Origin: Octopus bimaculoides | Taxonomy: Eukaryota | Assembly (NCBI RefSeq): GCF_001194135.2 | Contig: NC_068990.1 | Coordinates: 19,145,629 to 19,180,481, forward strand | DNA: 34,853 bases | Reading direction: 5' to 3' | Shown here: positions 1-13,764 of the stretch, in pieces | How the letters are laid out: each line of letters begins with the position of its first letter | How positions within the stretch are numbered: the stretch's first letter is position 1 | The notes under the pieces: generated by a model | What the model was told of the DNA's origin: nothing | The model's database searches: none | The model's input: only the letters and a program-made list of their open reading frames with translations | Position numbers and translations under genes: made by a program

Positions 1-58
<58 letters not shown>

Positions 59-134
59 CACATATATCTATCTATCTATCTATATATATTTATATATATA
101 CACACATGTATGCGTCTGTATATTTATATATATG

Positions 135-194
<60 letters not shown>

Positions 195-208
195 NNNNNN
201 NNNNACAG

Positions 209-244
<36 letters not shown>
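1..244. repeat. (TA)n/(CA)n compound microsatellite with a 10-N gap
   Basis: Read directly; it accounts for ORFs 50..361 and 90..275. Confidence 0.95.
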
Positions 245-245
<1 letters not shown>

Positions 246-1000
246 ATGTGATTTACTGTTCTCTGTTGTTATCATTTCTCGTAATGAAATTAAATATGTT
301 ATATGGTAGTAGTACCACGAAAGCGAAAATATTGAAATGTAGATGTGTTTATATACAGTAGTGTATCTGCAGGGAATCAGAATATAACGAAGCGAATTAA
401 TGAGATCATTAGAATCTGGGATGTGATCTGGCTGAGAAGTACGTCATATCATCTGGAATTGATGGACCAGATTTCGTGTCTAAGGACATTTAAATACATC
501 TACTTAGTTAACTTGTGACATATAATAAAGAGACGCAGACGAAATTGTGTTAAGCAGGGCGGAACAAAATGCTGCGTTATAGTTTTACAGACATCACTGC
601 TAATGAGGATTTTATGGTGAAGAACTTGGAAAATGCATACATAAATAGGATACAACACAATGTAGGGCATATGCAACAGAAGTGATTATAACATTTATCT
701 ACTGTCCTTCTGAACAGGCACTTTATTTTTCTCAGTTTACGGATTTTAAACATCTCTATGAACAAATGTGATTTGTTATCAGAAAGACACGTTTTATATA
801 TCAAAAGTGAGTTGTATGATTGTTTCCCTTAATCCGGAGCTTACCAACTAACCTTTCATAGGGCTCTAATATGAAATTCGGATTTTAATATAGGAATTTC
901 TATCCTGTACTTATTTCAAATTCGGAAAGTCGGTTTATATATTTAAGAATTCCACCTACATTTCAAATAAATGATTTTAAAAATATCTTAATATAAAATG

Positions 1001-1190
1001 CACGGCGGACAAAATATTTAGCGGTATTTCGTCCATTTTTAAGTACAGTGTACACATTCCGCCCATGTCCACTTTCATTTCCATACTTTCGAGGTTGAGG
1101 AAATATTTACCAATGGAGCATGGGGGTTGATGTAATCGCCTATCCCCACCCCCTCCAAAAATTTTAGATCGTGTACCTTCAGTGAAAACA
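1001..1190 (+). mobile_element. Degenerate tRNA-derived SINE, family A
   Basis: TTTAGCGGTATTTCGTCC...GGGGTTGATGTAATCGCCTATCCCC...AAAATT aligns with the in-window copies at 9925-10125 and 16200-16266. Confidence 0.7.
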
Positions 1191-1201
1191 GTATTAAAGG
1201 A

Positions 1202-1410
1202 GGGCGAATGACCTAGTTTTTAGGGTGTTGCCGTCACACAAGATTGTAGTTTCGATTCCTGGACCGTGATTTGTGTTATTGAACAAAAGACACGTTTTTT
1301 TCACGTTATTCTAATACTTTCAACTGTAAATGGCCTGGGGCGACGTTAAACCTGCCACAGAACCGGATCCATTTCAGCCAGAAGAGTTGTAGTCTCAATC
1401 CTCTAAACGA
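1202..1410 (+). mobile_element. Degenerate tRNA-derived SINE, family B-type head
   Basis: A-box-like GGCGAATGACCTAGTTTTTAGG and B-box-like GTTTCGATTCC, followed by TTGTGTTATTGAACAA, a motif shared with the copy at 17194. Confidence 0.7.
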
Positions 1411-4400
1411 CACAGACAACAAGTTAAGGTCCGATTTAATGACATTAAAAGCTAATGCAAAGAGGAATTACCTGTAGGTAGGTAATTAAAATATTATTAG
1501 CTAATTTGTTTTATTTATCTTTCCGCAGTAGTGGTTGAGAATGTTCAATTATTTTTTTTTGTATTAGGGCTACATCACTGATATAGGTTTTCCGTCTGTA
1601 ACTCTGTATATATATTTATAGTTCTCTTCGAATAACAACGCGTTATCTTCATATTTAATGAACATACGGAAACAACACCCATATTGCAATTGGAATATGA
1701 AAGTGATACTATTGAAGGGTTTTTAGAAAGTATTTATAGTTGTTTATATTTTACAGAGAATTTTTCCAGTTTCCAATAAGGAATTTTAAAAGGTTATCCA
1801 CTATATTCTTTAGTTTTATAATGACATTATTTTAACATTATTATTGTAACTGAACTGATAAATCTAATAACATTTCTAACAATATTCGAATATATGGAGA
1901 CACACTGACACAGTTATTAACAGAATTTGAATTAGAAATTGTCTTCATAAGATTTGGAATAGGAACAACTACGCCAGATGGGATATTTAGAAGGCAAATT
2001 ATGTTATTTATTTATTTGTGAAAAATGTGACATTTACTGAAAGATACGAATACATTTGTTTGATTTAATATCTTAAAAATAACAGCTATATTGTCTTCTA
2101 ATCACATAATATTCCCTTCATATAGTGGATAACGTGTTTCTAGATACCTGCTTTAAAACGCATTGTTTGTAGAATAAAAGACTGGGAACATGTGTCTCCT
2201 GAATTAGCAATCAACAAGTGTTAAAACAAAGAAACAGCTAAAAGCCCTCAAATACTGTAGGACTTAGGAATTTCATTGTTACATGATTTTATATTAGTTT
2301 TGCTTTTGTGTTGCCTCCCAACACAGTGCTGTGTATGAGGACAATTATTGGGTTTTGATTGCTAAACAGTTATTAGCACAATTCAGAATCATTTGCTGAC
2401 ACTGAATATGTCAAAGAAATATTTATTGGATTTACCATTAAGAATCGATCGGATACTCCGAGAAATAGAGGACGAATATACGGCTAAGTGTCAAGACACA
2501 TAATATATACGATAATATATATGACAAGTGATATCGAGAATAATTCTTTAATGAATGAATTCGATAACCAAGTCACGAGGATATGGAATGTGTAAACTGT
2601 TCAAAATTCTCACAGATGAAAGCAATATTTATCTCGATATCAATTAGTGTCATTTTAATGTAAATATCTCCAAAGTTCTCTCATACATAGCGAGAAGCCA
2701 CTGTGTATTACAAATATCATGACTTCTGACTATTAACGTCGTCGGTTTATTCTAAATGTAGTTTTCCATGTCTACAGTGAGTTGACGAACACGACCTAAA
2801 AACCTTGGAACATAAGAAATTTCGTTTTCCTCTGCTTCATGTAATTGCTTTATTTTTCATCTTTCTGAAACTTGCATCTCTATAAGTTACATGTTATACA
2901 AAATAGAATTTTAATGTGTATTTGTTTATTGAAACTGCATTGTTCTAAAATTAGTGCAAATATCATGACTATATAGTTCACACTAGAGAGGAGTTACTGT
3001 CGTCTTTAAAAATGTTTTACAATGATAATTTACAACTACCAATGTGTCAGGAACATTTCCCTATACTTTACCAGGATTATGTCTTTTTTATATACCTAAT
3101 ATTGTATTTTTTGTCGAAGAGAAAAGTCAAATGAACCAAACTTTTTATGGAATATATTCTCCAAAATTCTGAGCTCGAAACTCGCCGCGTCGAATTTTTC
3201 TTTCGTCTCCCTTTTATTAAGTCCCGAAATTGTTTACTATATCCAAACATACGTTTGTAATTTTATCTTATTAGAGTTTAAAAAGAAAATAATTTCAGTG
3301 ACTTATCAAGTCTGTGTTACATCGATTCAGACAGTGTTTTAATGTAATAACACTGGAGAATATCAAATCGAATTAGGTCTAGAAAACACCTTGAACAACT
3401 TGAACAATTCGGTCAAATTCATGGCCAGATATACACTACCCCGTTACATCCAGATACATATGACATCTTACAGCTTATAGTGGTTAGAATGATACGAAGA
3501 TGTGTAAATGGAAATAAATTCACACATTTTAAGAAAATATTATAACGAATAAGACCGACTGTAAAATGTATTGCTACATAATATCTTCATGCATAGAGGG
3601 TGAAAAGAATTATTTATTTACGAAGGAATTCAGCGTAGAGTATTCAAGGTTAATGAACACAGCAACACACTCCAATCTGTCATTCAAAACATTTTTAATG
3701 TAATGGAATAATATATAGAAAACAAGAACAGACGGTGTAAATGATACACAAGAAATATATTAGTCATGCAGCACTGTCGTGGTTAATTTAAATTACGTAG
3801 CCTCTTATCAACATTTGTTTATTAAACGTTTTACAAATATATCTGGTTTGTGAATACACTTAATAGTTGCTTGGTATTTAGGAAATGATATATTCAATAT
3901 TGGACGAGAAAATATTTGGCAAACATGGCCACTGTTAACTTGATAGTCATATTAGTTACCAGTAAGTGATGATGAGTGTGGGATGGAAAAAGAGGAAGGA
4001 ATGAAAAGAAAATAGCATCGCTCATTAACATTTATAAATTGTATGTTTGTCATGAAAACTATTTTGTTTCTTTACAATTATGAACAAATTCTATCAATAC
4101 ACTCAGGTTCTGCTAAGCAACCTTTGTATGATGTGTATTTGCATACTTTGACAATATTTACTCTGCGAGGAAAATAAAAGTAAAGCGAAAAGTGAGAAAT
4201 AGAGAAATAAGATCGAGTAGTATTTGACAATACAGAAGAATATTTCGAGCAACAAAAACGTTTACACGCAACGAATATCTCTTGTGAAATGGATGCATAA
4301 TTATGGAATTCCTTGGTGAATACAAACAAGGAAATGTTATATTTAGAATTCAAGTAATTGAAGACAGAGATAAAATGTTATGTTGTTTAATTTTATATTT

Positions 4401-4700
4401 ATATATATATTTTTTTAAATCTAGGCTGCCACAGCATCAGTTAAAGATCATAGTAATGCCGGAAACTCTTATAATGAACGAATACATTTTGAAACCTAAC
4501 AACAGTGATGAAGTGTAATTAGTAATATTCTCGAAAGTACTTTTGTGTGTGCTCATCATTCTGCTTTCACTATTTTCATCGTTGACTGTAATAAATATCC
4601 CTTTTAATAATATGTTACGAAATTCAAAATTTTCGTGTTTGGTTTCTTTTTTGTTTTTCTTGCGATAAACTAATGCAAGATAAAAATCATTTTCATCGCA

Positions 4701-4744
4701 ATTATCATCACCATCAACATTATCATCATCGTCGTCGTCAAGAA

Positions 4745-4797
<53 letters not shown>

Positions 4798-4900
4798 TCA
4801 AGCCACGGTTTCCTCCTGCCTCTTGTTATAGTAGATTGGGTTGAGTTTATTTGTGTGTGTGTGTGTGTGTTTGTGTGCGTGTGTGTGTGTGTGTGTGTTT
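4701..4900. repeat. Compound (ATC)/(GTC)/(AAT)n microsatellite followed by (GT)n
   Basis: Read directly. Confidence 0.9.
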
Positions 4901-5590
4901 GTGGATATATTTCGATATCTAACTAAAGCAAGAGAGGTGTTCCGTACTTTTGTGGTAAATCTAGTTTGTTTTAATGTGGACAAAATTAGATTTACCTCCC
5001 TCATTGTACCTCATGTTTGGGTTGTTCTGAATGTACGCATAGACGCTACTTCAAGCTAAACATACTTTCATACGAGATAGTAACTCTCTTACAAACATCC
5101 CTTGTGAGGAGGGGTAGGGGATATTTATAATTATATAGGCTGGAAACTTCTTAAATTTTGAGGTGTGAAGACTTCTGGATAACTGTAGTATCTTAGTACG
5201 GATCTGTTTAGGGAAAATGTTGCTTTTACTTAAGTTTTATATTAAAAGTCTTCTTTTAGCTTACATCATATTAGTGCTAATGGTTTGATGTAAGTAAAAC
5301 CTTTTAAATATCATATTAGATTCATTGTAAATCTATCCATGTTATAGCCTATCGTACTGGCAAGGAACAGCCAGCTAGCAGAGAACATGTGAATGATGCT
5401 GATGTATCGTGCATTTGTTACAGTTTTCAGTAAATTTCCTTTCCATTTCCACTTGAATAAAACCTTCAAAAGGTCAGTTCCTGTGGTGATTCGGTGATGC
5501 TGGGGGCAGGAATGTCGAATGATTTGTCACAAATACCGCCAATCTGAGTGTTGTCTTCTTAATGGCGGAAATTATATATACGCTACTTAC

Positions 5591-5693
5591 TCATGGTCTT
5601 TGACCATAGCGTTGCACGAAGATACTTTTTGTCTATCAAGTTAAACTCTGTCTGCTCATTGCTTGTTTCTAATGGTATAACTAAGCCCACACG
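5591..5693 (-). CDS. Candidate internal coding exon, 103 nt, phase 0 to 1: RVGLVIPLETSNEQTEFNLIDKKYLRATLWSKTM
   Basis: Acceptor ccgtttcag and donor TGA|gtaagt; only one frame is open. The peptide is not recognised. Confidence 0.4.
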
Positions 5694-6792
5694 CTGAAAC
5701 GGTTTGCAAATCATGAAAATATATAATTAGTGTTTATCGATAAATAACAACTTCTATTTTTGTGTGCATACCATCTTTTAAATTACACCGCCGTTATTTG
5801 CAACTAAGTTTTATTAAAAAAAAAACGGATAGAATATTTATTGAATATTCGCCAAACAAATATACATTTTACTGTGTTTCCCAAGGAAGTGTAATTGTCT
5901 GCTTAAATGAACTAAGACAGATCGTTCATATTATTTTTTTAATGGTTTCCAGTATCTTTTCCACAAAATGAAATGTGTTTAAATGTATGAATGGCTATTT
6001 TAGCTTTGGTTTTTGCAAATTCCCAAGTAATGCACTAAGTTTGCAGTTACATAGGTTTTACATTATTCAATGAAAATGCCCTTGGACAAATTTGGAGCAT
6101 TGATTACATGTTAATAATACTGCAAAAGGTATGATTCTGTATTCTGAAAACAAGGAGAGAGATATTTTATTGATTGACACATATTCACAAATGTTATAAA
6201 ACAAATAAGCGTATAAAATAGTACCATTTTTTAAAAGAATAGGCTTAAAGCAATTATTATTCTATCAAGGAGATGGAAGTATGGCATAGAAGCTTTGTTC
6301 AAATGCCATTCAGACAAATGAAGTTCACTTAACCCCCCTCCCCCCAAAAAAAACATCGCTGAAATTAAGTTTTAGATGTTCAAAAGAATTTCTATATATG
6401 TTCCCGTATGCAAAATTTCAAATCTGTTTGACTCCTCTATGCACAGGAAATGGAAAGAGCGGTAGACTTTTACGATTTCAATTAAGAAACAAAAATCTAT
6501 GCACGCACTGCGTACATAGATTTATATATATATATATATATATATATTCACACATAAATGCAGGCATATGTATTATCCAGATACAGTTAAAGTCCAAGCT
6601 GTGTCCTCTTCAAGTACATCTGTTTATTTCACTATTCCAATTGTTATATTTCTGTGAGGTATCCATAAGGGTTGAAATTACTAGACAATATTTTCTGTAT
6701 AGTAATGATATCAAACCTTGAGATGCTAAATTTTTTTAGAAACATTTGTTCACCATTCCGCGGGTTTAATTCATTATTATATGATTCTTTAC

Positions 6793-6846
6793 CTGAACAA
6801 TTCCAAATAGGATATATCATACACATCTTCTGCTACGTGTACAATA
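6793..6846 (-). CDS. Candidate internal coding exon, 54 nt, phase 2 to 2: xIVHVAEDVYDISYLELF
   Basis: Acceptor ggttttacag and donor CAG|gtaaag; one open frame; phase-compatible with the 14534 exon. Confidence 0.35.
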
Positions 6847-8440
6847 CTGTAAAACCTATTAGCAAGTGAAACGCGCGTAATAATGAATAAATTATATATA
6901 TATATATATATATATNNNNNNNNNNNNNNNNNNNNNNNNNNNNNNNNNNNNNNNNNNNNNNNNNNNNNNNNNNNNNNNNNNNNNNNNNNNNNNNNNNNNN
7001 TGTGTGTGTGTGTGTGTGCGTGTGTGTGTGTGTGTGTGTTTGTGCGCCCGTGTGTATGTGTGAGTACGAGTGTGTGTGTATTAACCATCAATAAGGTGCA
7101 GCACGATCGTTCAGTATTCTAGGTATGACAGTTGAATCTCCCTTAAAACTCATCCTAATCTCTTCAAAAAGAATTATCCCATGCGACTATATAGAGTTAC
7201 ATGCATTATTCTTGAGTTAACAGCTTAGCGAAGTGACGCTCACGATAAAGTCTAACATTTGTGTGGTCGAGTAAACAGCAATAATAAATTTATATAATGT
7301 GAAATAGTAAATATTTTTCTCACAAAAAAAAAAAAAATGCTACAGTGAAAATATTTAAATGAGCACAGATGCTTTGCATATATTATACAATACTCTAAAT
7401 GTTGGCTAATAAAATTTTGGTAACATTTTCTTTTTCATCCTGCCATGTTTTTAGGTGTGCTAGAAGCGAAAAAAACGTGAGCTGCCATTTAATGTTATAA
7501 CAAATGGTACAATTTATTCATCGAAGCAACATCTATGCGTCATAATATAGGATTTGAAAATAAATTTCCATAAGAATTCATTATTCATTTGAACAAGTGT
7601 TTAAGTGAAATATGTATACGTGACCTGATATTTAATTTCAGTTTTACTCTATGCTAATGCAAGAATCCATATTACTTTATCGACAGCAGAAACAATTGCA
7701 AAAATATTTGATGCTGAAAAATGATAATGGCAGTGCAAGTATATTTTTTTTAATATGTTTCAAAAACATCACTAACATTGAAGAAGCATTGAATGCTGCC
7801 TCTGATCTTTACATAATAGATTGGAAATGATATGCACATTACCAAACAATTGGCTCCAAAATGAAAACTACGTACATGTTAATTCTGTAACTTGAGAATT
7901 GCCAAGTATATTAATATATCATCATTGAATTGTACACAAAGGTGAAGCATAGAAACTAATGATGGCGATAAAATTCTGTCATATAAATTTAAATGGATAG
8001 CAGAAAGTGAAGTGTATGTTTTATATGTAAAAAAAAAAAAAGTTCCTTTCAAAGAATTTTTTCAAATGCTTACAATTACTTCAACACACTAAAATATATA
8101 GACGTATACAAGCACACACACACCTTTACACTTATGCGTGTATATACGAAGCCAGTTATAGAGTACCTGTGTAAATATATAGTTAATTTCGGTGAGTGTC
8201 ATGAGCAAGTGGAAGTTATTTTATAATACTTATAAAAATAAGGGAGGCGGTGAATAAAATTTATTGTATTAGGAGACAAATGATTTCAAACTACAAATAT
8301 TTCGATAATTTCAGACATAGAAATAAGTGAAGTAGAACACACACACTCACAGACAACACACAGGCATATATAGCCGTATGTCCTTGTATATTAGAAATGC
8401 GCTTGTATATACATATGTACACACACTTTATACATATATA

Positions 8441-8603
8441 GGCGCAGGAGTGGCTGTGTGGTAAGTAGCTTGCTAACAAACCACATGGTTCCGGGTTCAG
8501 TCCCACTGCGTGGCACCTTGGGCAAGTGTCTTGTACTATAGCCTCGGGCCGACCAAAACCTTGTGAGTGGATTTGGTAGACGGAAACTGAAACAAGTCCG
8601 TCG
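8441..8603 (+). mobile_element. tRNA-derived SINE, family C, 5' half (best-preserved copy)
   Basis: Pol III A box TGGCTGTGTGG (8451-8461), B box GGTTCAGTCCC (8494-8504) and a CORE-like ACCTTGGGCAAGT. It ends in (TA)n at a gap. Reverse-strand relatives lie at 13763-13898 and 19401-19558. Confidence 0.9.
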
Positions 8604-8614
8604 TATATATATAT

Positions 8615-9429
8615 NNNNNNNNNNNNNNNNNNNNNNNNNNNNNNNNNNNNNNNNNNNNNNNNNNNNNNNNNNNNNNNNNNNNNNNNNNNNNNNNNNNNNN
8701 NNNNNNNNNNNNNNNNNNNNNNNNNNNNNNNNNNNNNNNNNNNNNNNNNNNNNNNNNNNNNNNNNNNNNNNNNNNNNNNNNNNNNNNNNNNNNNNNNNNN
8801 NNNNNNNNNNNNNNNNNNNNNNNNNNNNNNNNNNNNNNNNNNNNNNNNNNNNNNNNNNNNNNNNNNNNNNNNNNNNNNNNNNNNNNNNNNNNNNNNNNNN
8901 NNNNNNNNNNNNNNNNNNNNNNNNNNNNNNNNNNNNNNNNNNNNNNNNNNNNNNNNNNNNNNNNNNNNNNNNNNNNNNNNNNNNNNNNNNNNNNNNNNNN
9001 NNNNNNNNNNNNNNNNNNNNNNNNNNNNNNNNNNNNNNNNNNNNNNNNNNNNNNNNNNNNNNNNNNNNNNNNNNNNNNNNNNNNNNNNNNNNNNNNNNNN
9101 NNNNNNNNNNNNNNNNNNNNNNNNNNNNNNNNNNNNNNNNNNNNNNNNNNNNNNNNNNNNNNNNNNNNNNNNNNNNNNNNNNNNNNNNNNNNNNNNNNNN
9201 NNNNNNNNNNNNNNNNNNNNNNNNNNNNNNNNNNNNNNNNNNNNNNNNNNNNNNNNNNNNNNNNNNNNNNNNNNNNNNNNNNNNNNNNNNNNNNNNNNNN
9301 NNNNNNNNNNNNNNNNNNNNNNNNNNNNNNNNNNNNNNNNNNNNNNNNNNNNNNNNNNNNNNNNNNNNNNNNNNNNNNNNNNNNNNNNNNNNNNNNNNNN
9401 NNNNNNNNNNNNNNNNNNNNNNNNNNNNN
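8615..9429. other. Assembly gap (others at 195-204, 6916-7000, 18765-19390, 23634-23885, 26799-26862, 29088-29097, 29808-30354, 32397-32736)
   Basis: Runs of N. All the long X-containing ORFs in the track arise from these gaps. Confidence 0.99.
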
Positions 9430-9720
9430 ATAGAGATAAATCGAATGTGGAATCTAAAAACAGAAAGAATTCCTATCATAGTAGGTGCCTTAGGTATAAT
9501 AAAAAAATATTCAGACAAATACATAACAAAATTAGCAGGACTTACAAATATATATAACATACAGAAAATTGCACTACTGGGTACTGCACACATTCTACGC
9601 AAAACACTTTCAATACAGTAAACATAAGAGCACCACAGCAAACCACAGCACATACCCAAGGCGCACAGAGTTGCGCTCGGTAGTAAAGTGAAAGCACGTT
9701 ATAAAAATAAAACTACTGAA
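9430..9720 (+). mobile_element. 3' end of an R4/Dong-clade non-LTR retrotransposon: end of the restriction-like endonuclease ORF (9430-9621) plus about 100 nt of 3' UTR
   Basis: IEINRMWNLKTERIPIIVGALGIIKK...IQKIALLGTAHILRKTLSIQ* fits the 'IPIVVGALG...QKAALLGTAHILR' terminus of RLE-bearing elements. It is followed directly by (AAT)n. Confidence 0.85.
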
Positions 9721-9721
9721 C

Positions 9722-9781
<60 letters not shown>
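9722..9781. repeat. (AAT)n microsatellite, target or tail of the retrotransposon
   Basis: Perfect AAT run adjoining the 3' end of the element. Confidence 0.95.
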
Positions 9782-9924
9782 CGATTTTTACTCTTGACAG
9801 AAAATAGAGTATTTTCATTACATTGATCTGTGTTTTTTAAACTCTACTTATCTCAGCAAACTTTATAATGGTAAGCACATGCGAATTGGCACCTTTGGCA
9901 TCGGAGCAGTAATATACGTATGTG

Positions 9925-10125
9925 AATTGAGGTAGCGAGGTCCCACAATATTTCACGGCAATTCGTCCGCCTTTACGTTCAAAGTTCAAATTCCGCTCAG
10001 ATCGTTTTTTGCCTTTCATGGTGTCATAGTCGATAAGATGAGTAGCAGATGAAAACTTAGTCGATATAATCGACTTATCCCCTCCTCTGAAATTGCTGGT
10101 TATTCGTCAACATTTGAAATCAATT
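9925..10125 (+). mobile_element. tRNA-derived SINE, family A
   Basis: B-box-like GTTCAAATTCC, then GCCTTTCAT...GTCGATATAATCGACTTATCCCCTCC...AAATTGCTGG...ATTTGAAA, shared with 1001-1190 and 16043-16266. Confidence 0.85.
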
Positions 10126-11082
10126 TACGTAAGTGAATTATTTTTCGCTGAATAGTAGTGTAGGCAATACGTGTGCGCACACGCACACAAGTAGACATGC
10201 TCGCGCACGCGCACAGACGCAGGTTCACATACACTCACGCACACTCACACGCACACATTTTCTCTCGTAAATAATTATAATGTAAATAAAATGATTAAAA
10301 TATAAGTCATTCGAAATATTTCATGAAAAAATATTTCTTCTAATCTAATATATTTGTCTTGCATTAAAGCCTACGAATTTCTTACTGTGTCGCTTGACTT
10401 GTTAGAAAGAGTAGACAAATTTCCTCAAGAAACAACCTGCAGTTTAGGAGATGTAGTTGTCGCACTAGTGATTTGATCCGAGACCATAGAATGAAACGAA
10501 ACTAATTACAGCAAAATAGAAATATCTACCATACTATAATTGCTTAAAGCTTACAGAAGTAAACTAGACTTGCACAGTAAGGTTACGGCTATAATTCGTG
10601 TTATCGTTAGTTTACACATTCGGCATTCACAGAAGATTACATTTCAACAGCATTGTATTACATTTGAGGCAATACGTACGCTCGATAATATGGAAGCGAG
10701 ATAGAAAAGAATTTGAAAACTAGTTAAAAGAAAGCTATGAAGTACATAAAGGAACGAAACTTTACTCAACTCACAACTTCAATTTTCTCTCTACAGATTT
10801 ATTTATCGGATTTCAAGCATAAAGTTAATCAATCACATTGGTTTTAAATACGTTCAAAGTTAGATATAGAATTAAAACCACATTGATTTTAAATATAAGA
10901 ATTAATCAATCACATTTATGTCACTTAGACATGGCACAGGATTTATATTTTCACTCTACGATAAAATGGCTTCTGTTAATATATATGTATATATATATGA
11001 TTGTGTGTGTGTATGTATGGATATAAGCATTCATGTGTATATGTGCATGTACATATATATAATTATATTTCAACATAAGCCA

Positions 11083-11088
<6 letters not shown>

Positions 11089-11154
<66 letters not shown>
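11089..11154. repeat. (GT)n microsatellite
   Basis: Read directly. Confidence 0.95.
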
Positions 11155-11155
<1 letters not shown>

Positions 11156-13469
11156 AATTTCTCATAGACATATGCTGTAGTTTCGATATGAATTACAATG
11201 AGGGTCCGAACAGATTCCATTCGTTATCTTGCACATAATCCAATGCTTTTTATACGTTTGAAAATGAAGAAGGAATCTACATACTAGCTAATTCTGTATG
11301 TAAGACGTTATGAGTTCTATTGTCAGTTAATCAAGTGTCGTCAGCCACCAACAACAAAACTGGAAAGACGAACATGGTTGAACAAAGATTTCGGTTTTAC
11401 TCTACGAAGTTTGCATTTGTGAAATACTTGCAGTTTAAATGCACACACATACTGTTGGCTTATTTGTTGATATTCGTACTACAGACAAAGCTGTCCGTGA
11501 CATACGCTTTTTGAAAACTGCTAGGGTGTGTGCATGGCTTAAATACTACATACACTGTGTCAATATTCCCACTAAATAGAGGTTCTTTCTACAGAAAAGG
11601 AAAAAAAAAAGATAACGAAAATTGATGTGATATGTAAACGTGTGTATCTTCTTGAGATGTCCATTAGCAGGAAGTCCTGATAATTCGTTTGTGGAAGTTA
11701 CAGAAGCTACATTTCAATTTAGTCGTACTTAATTTCAACATTATCCCAATGCTTTCATATTAAATTGAAGAGCGTCCTTCTTGAAATCCTTTCTCTTGTC
11801 ACAGAAGAAAAATGAATTGCACATGGACAATTTGCTTTAGATTCTGTACATGACGTTTAAGCTCATCCACTTGCATGTGTGTAAATCAATGTTAGTTACG
11901 ATTCTATTCATACTACCTCACACTAGTCCATAGAAAGAAATCAACATATATTTCTTTGTTGCTGAACCTACAGAGTAACGAAAATATATTCGTCACAGTA
12001 GAACTGAATAGGAGCTGACATTGATATATTCATTTGTTGGAAAGAATGAAGAAAATTGTTTTGGATTTCACTGGAGTAAATGAATGAATATACAACGTAA
12101 TTGATTCAATTATGCTTGCTTTACATTGAAAAGACTCATTAACTCTTTTATATATCGACTCAATGCATCAAAATATGTTTACGGGTTTATAAATATCTCT
12201 ACCTATTTCGGCCGTGAATTCCCTAAATAGCTGAGAGATGGAGAAAAGGAAATAACATACACAGGGAATGTAATACAAGTGCAACAACAACAACAACAAC
12301 GATAATGATTATGATGACGAATGTATATCTATCTATCTGTCTATCTGTATTTCTGTCTATGTATGTACGTAAATATGTATGTATTCATGCATGTATGTAT
12401 ATATATATATACATATACACGTACGCATACACACATATTAATAAATGTGTGTACGAATTTTGCAATTTGACCATATGTACATGCATATGTATAATAGATA
12501 CAAATCTTTCAGGGTCTCAATATTTTCTATACAGGATGATTTGAAACCTATCATATAGCTACCTTTATATCGCAATATATTATTGCATAATTCCTGTAGT
12601 TTCATGCATGTCTTTGGTAGTTTTTTCAATCTCAAAGAATTGGTAGTGACATTCTACAAATATGACATGCGTTGCTTAATTTCTTTTGTATGTAATGGAA
12701 AACCAGTTCCAGTAAAATAATTTTAAGTTTAAAAATATGCAGAAAATGAAAGCTCTAACTCAGATTTTTCTTAGCGTTTACATGAAATAACATTTGCATA
12801 AAAGTTTAGATATTTAATGACAGGAAACGCACGAAGGGTATTCTATGGAATCGTATTCAATACATGCTGGTCAAAATATTTCTAAATTAAATACAAATGG
12901 ACAACCTCATGTTGGACGAAAACTGAAATGGCCGAAATAAAAATTAATGGAAAACACATTATGTGTGTTTAAATGAAGTAGTGTGGAAGTGCAGAAGTGT
13001 AGTAGCGCATGGTAGAAGAGGTGTAGTTGATGTGTATGTAAACCATATTATTTGTAATACGATACACATATATACATGTATGTGTGTGTGTGTGTGTGTG
13101 TGTGCCAATAATATTTTTAGGGTCACTTTGAAGCAGTGTTTAAATATTAGTTGCTATGTGAAAATTTTAGTCATGTTGTTGTCATTCATGTTTTAGTATA
13201 GAGCGAGTCTACTGCAGTCTTGTGTAATTTCACTTCCCAGCATAGCTGCTTTACACATAAATTCAACTGTGTATCGAATCGAAGCCGGTAAAAAATTCAG
13301 TATTACATTATTCCGATTTTCCAGAATTTATTATTTCATTGTTTATAATTCATGTGCATTTAATCTTCCGAGCTAATGTTTGCAACGGAATTCTTAATAT
13401 TTATGTCGTATTCATAATTATATATTAATAAGAGGATCACCCTCAAATATAGATCAATTTAAACTCCTT

Positions 13470-13714
13470 TACTCACTTATTATTTTATTTGAACCATGAT
13501 TTCGACTGAACGGCTAAGTCAAACAAATCGGCACCAGTATTTATTATATATTCCAATTCGAGTACTTATATAGTAAATTGCCGAGCAGAGAAATGACGAG
13601 GATGTAAACAAACCAAAACAAGTTACCAAGCTGTGGGTTGGGCATGACCAAAGACACGCACACAAGACACATACACACACGGTCATACATACATACATAC
13701 ATACCTACACACAC

Positions 13715-13764
<50 letters not shown>

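Noticed and set aside
736-806. Plus-strand exon-like segment (ctcag|...AAA|gtgagt; xLRILNISMNKCDLLSERHVLYIK, LRR-like start)
   Set aside because: It is isolated, has no compatible partner exons and only one short motif, which is within chance expectation.
2322-2360. CACAGTG + 23 nt + GTTTTG (RSS/Transib-like)
   Set aside because: The nonamer-like part is in the wrong orientation, and there is no partner end or transposase.
4078-4163. Cys-rich minus-strand terminal-exon candidate xVNIVKVCKYTSYKGCLAEPECIDRICS* after a strong pyrimidine tract
   Set aside because: It is phase-incompatible with the nearest candidate upstream exon (5591), and I recognise no domain. Unresolved rather than excluded.
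5535-5570. Hairpin CCGCCA...TGGCGG
   Set aside because: The stem is only 6-7 bp with a large loop, too short for a pre-miRNA.
4445-6436. SH2-like words (YSFIIRVS, EWYAHKI, LKFCIREH) in scattered minus-strand frames
   Set aside because: Each hits a stop within a few codons or lacks usable splice sites, and they are not in domain order.
7440-7900. Fragmentary plus-strand frames faintly like a hAT transposase C-terminus
   Set aside because: Multiple stops, and no diagnostic motif such as ERSFS.
8441-8510. tRNA-like A and B boxes
   Set aside because: No cloverleaf or acceptor stem, and the sequence continues into a SINE body, so it is not a tRNA gene.
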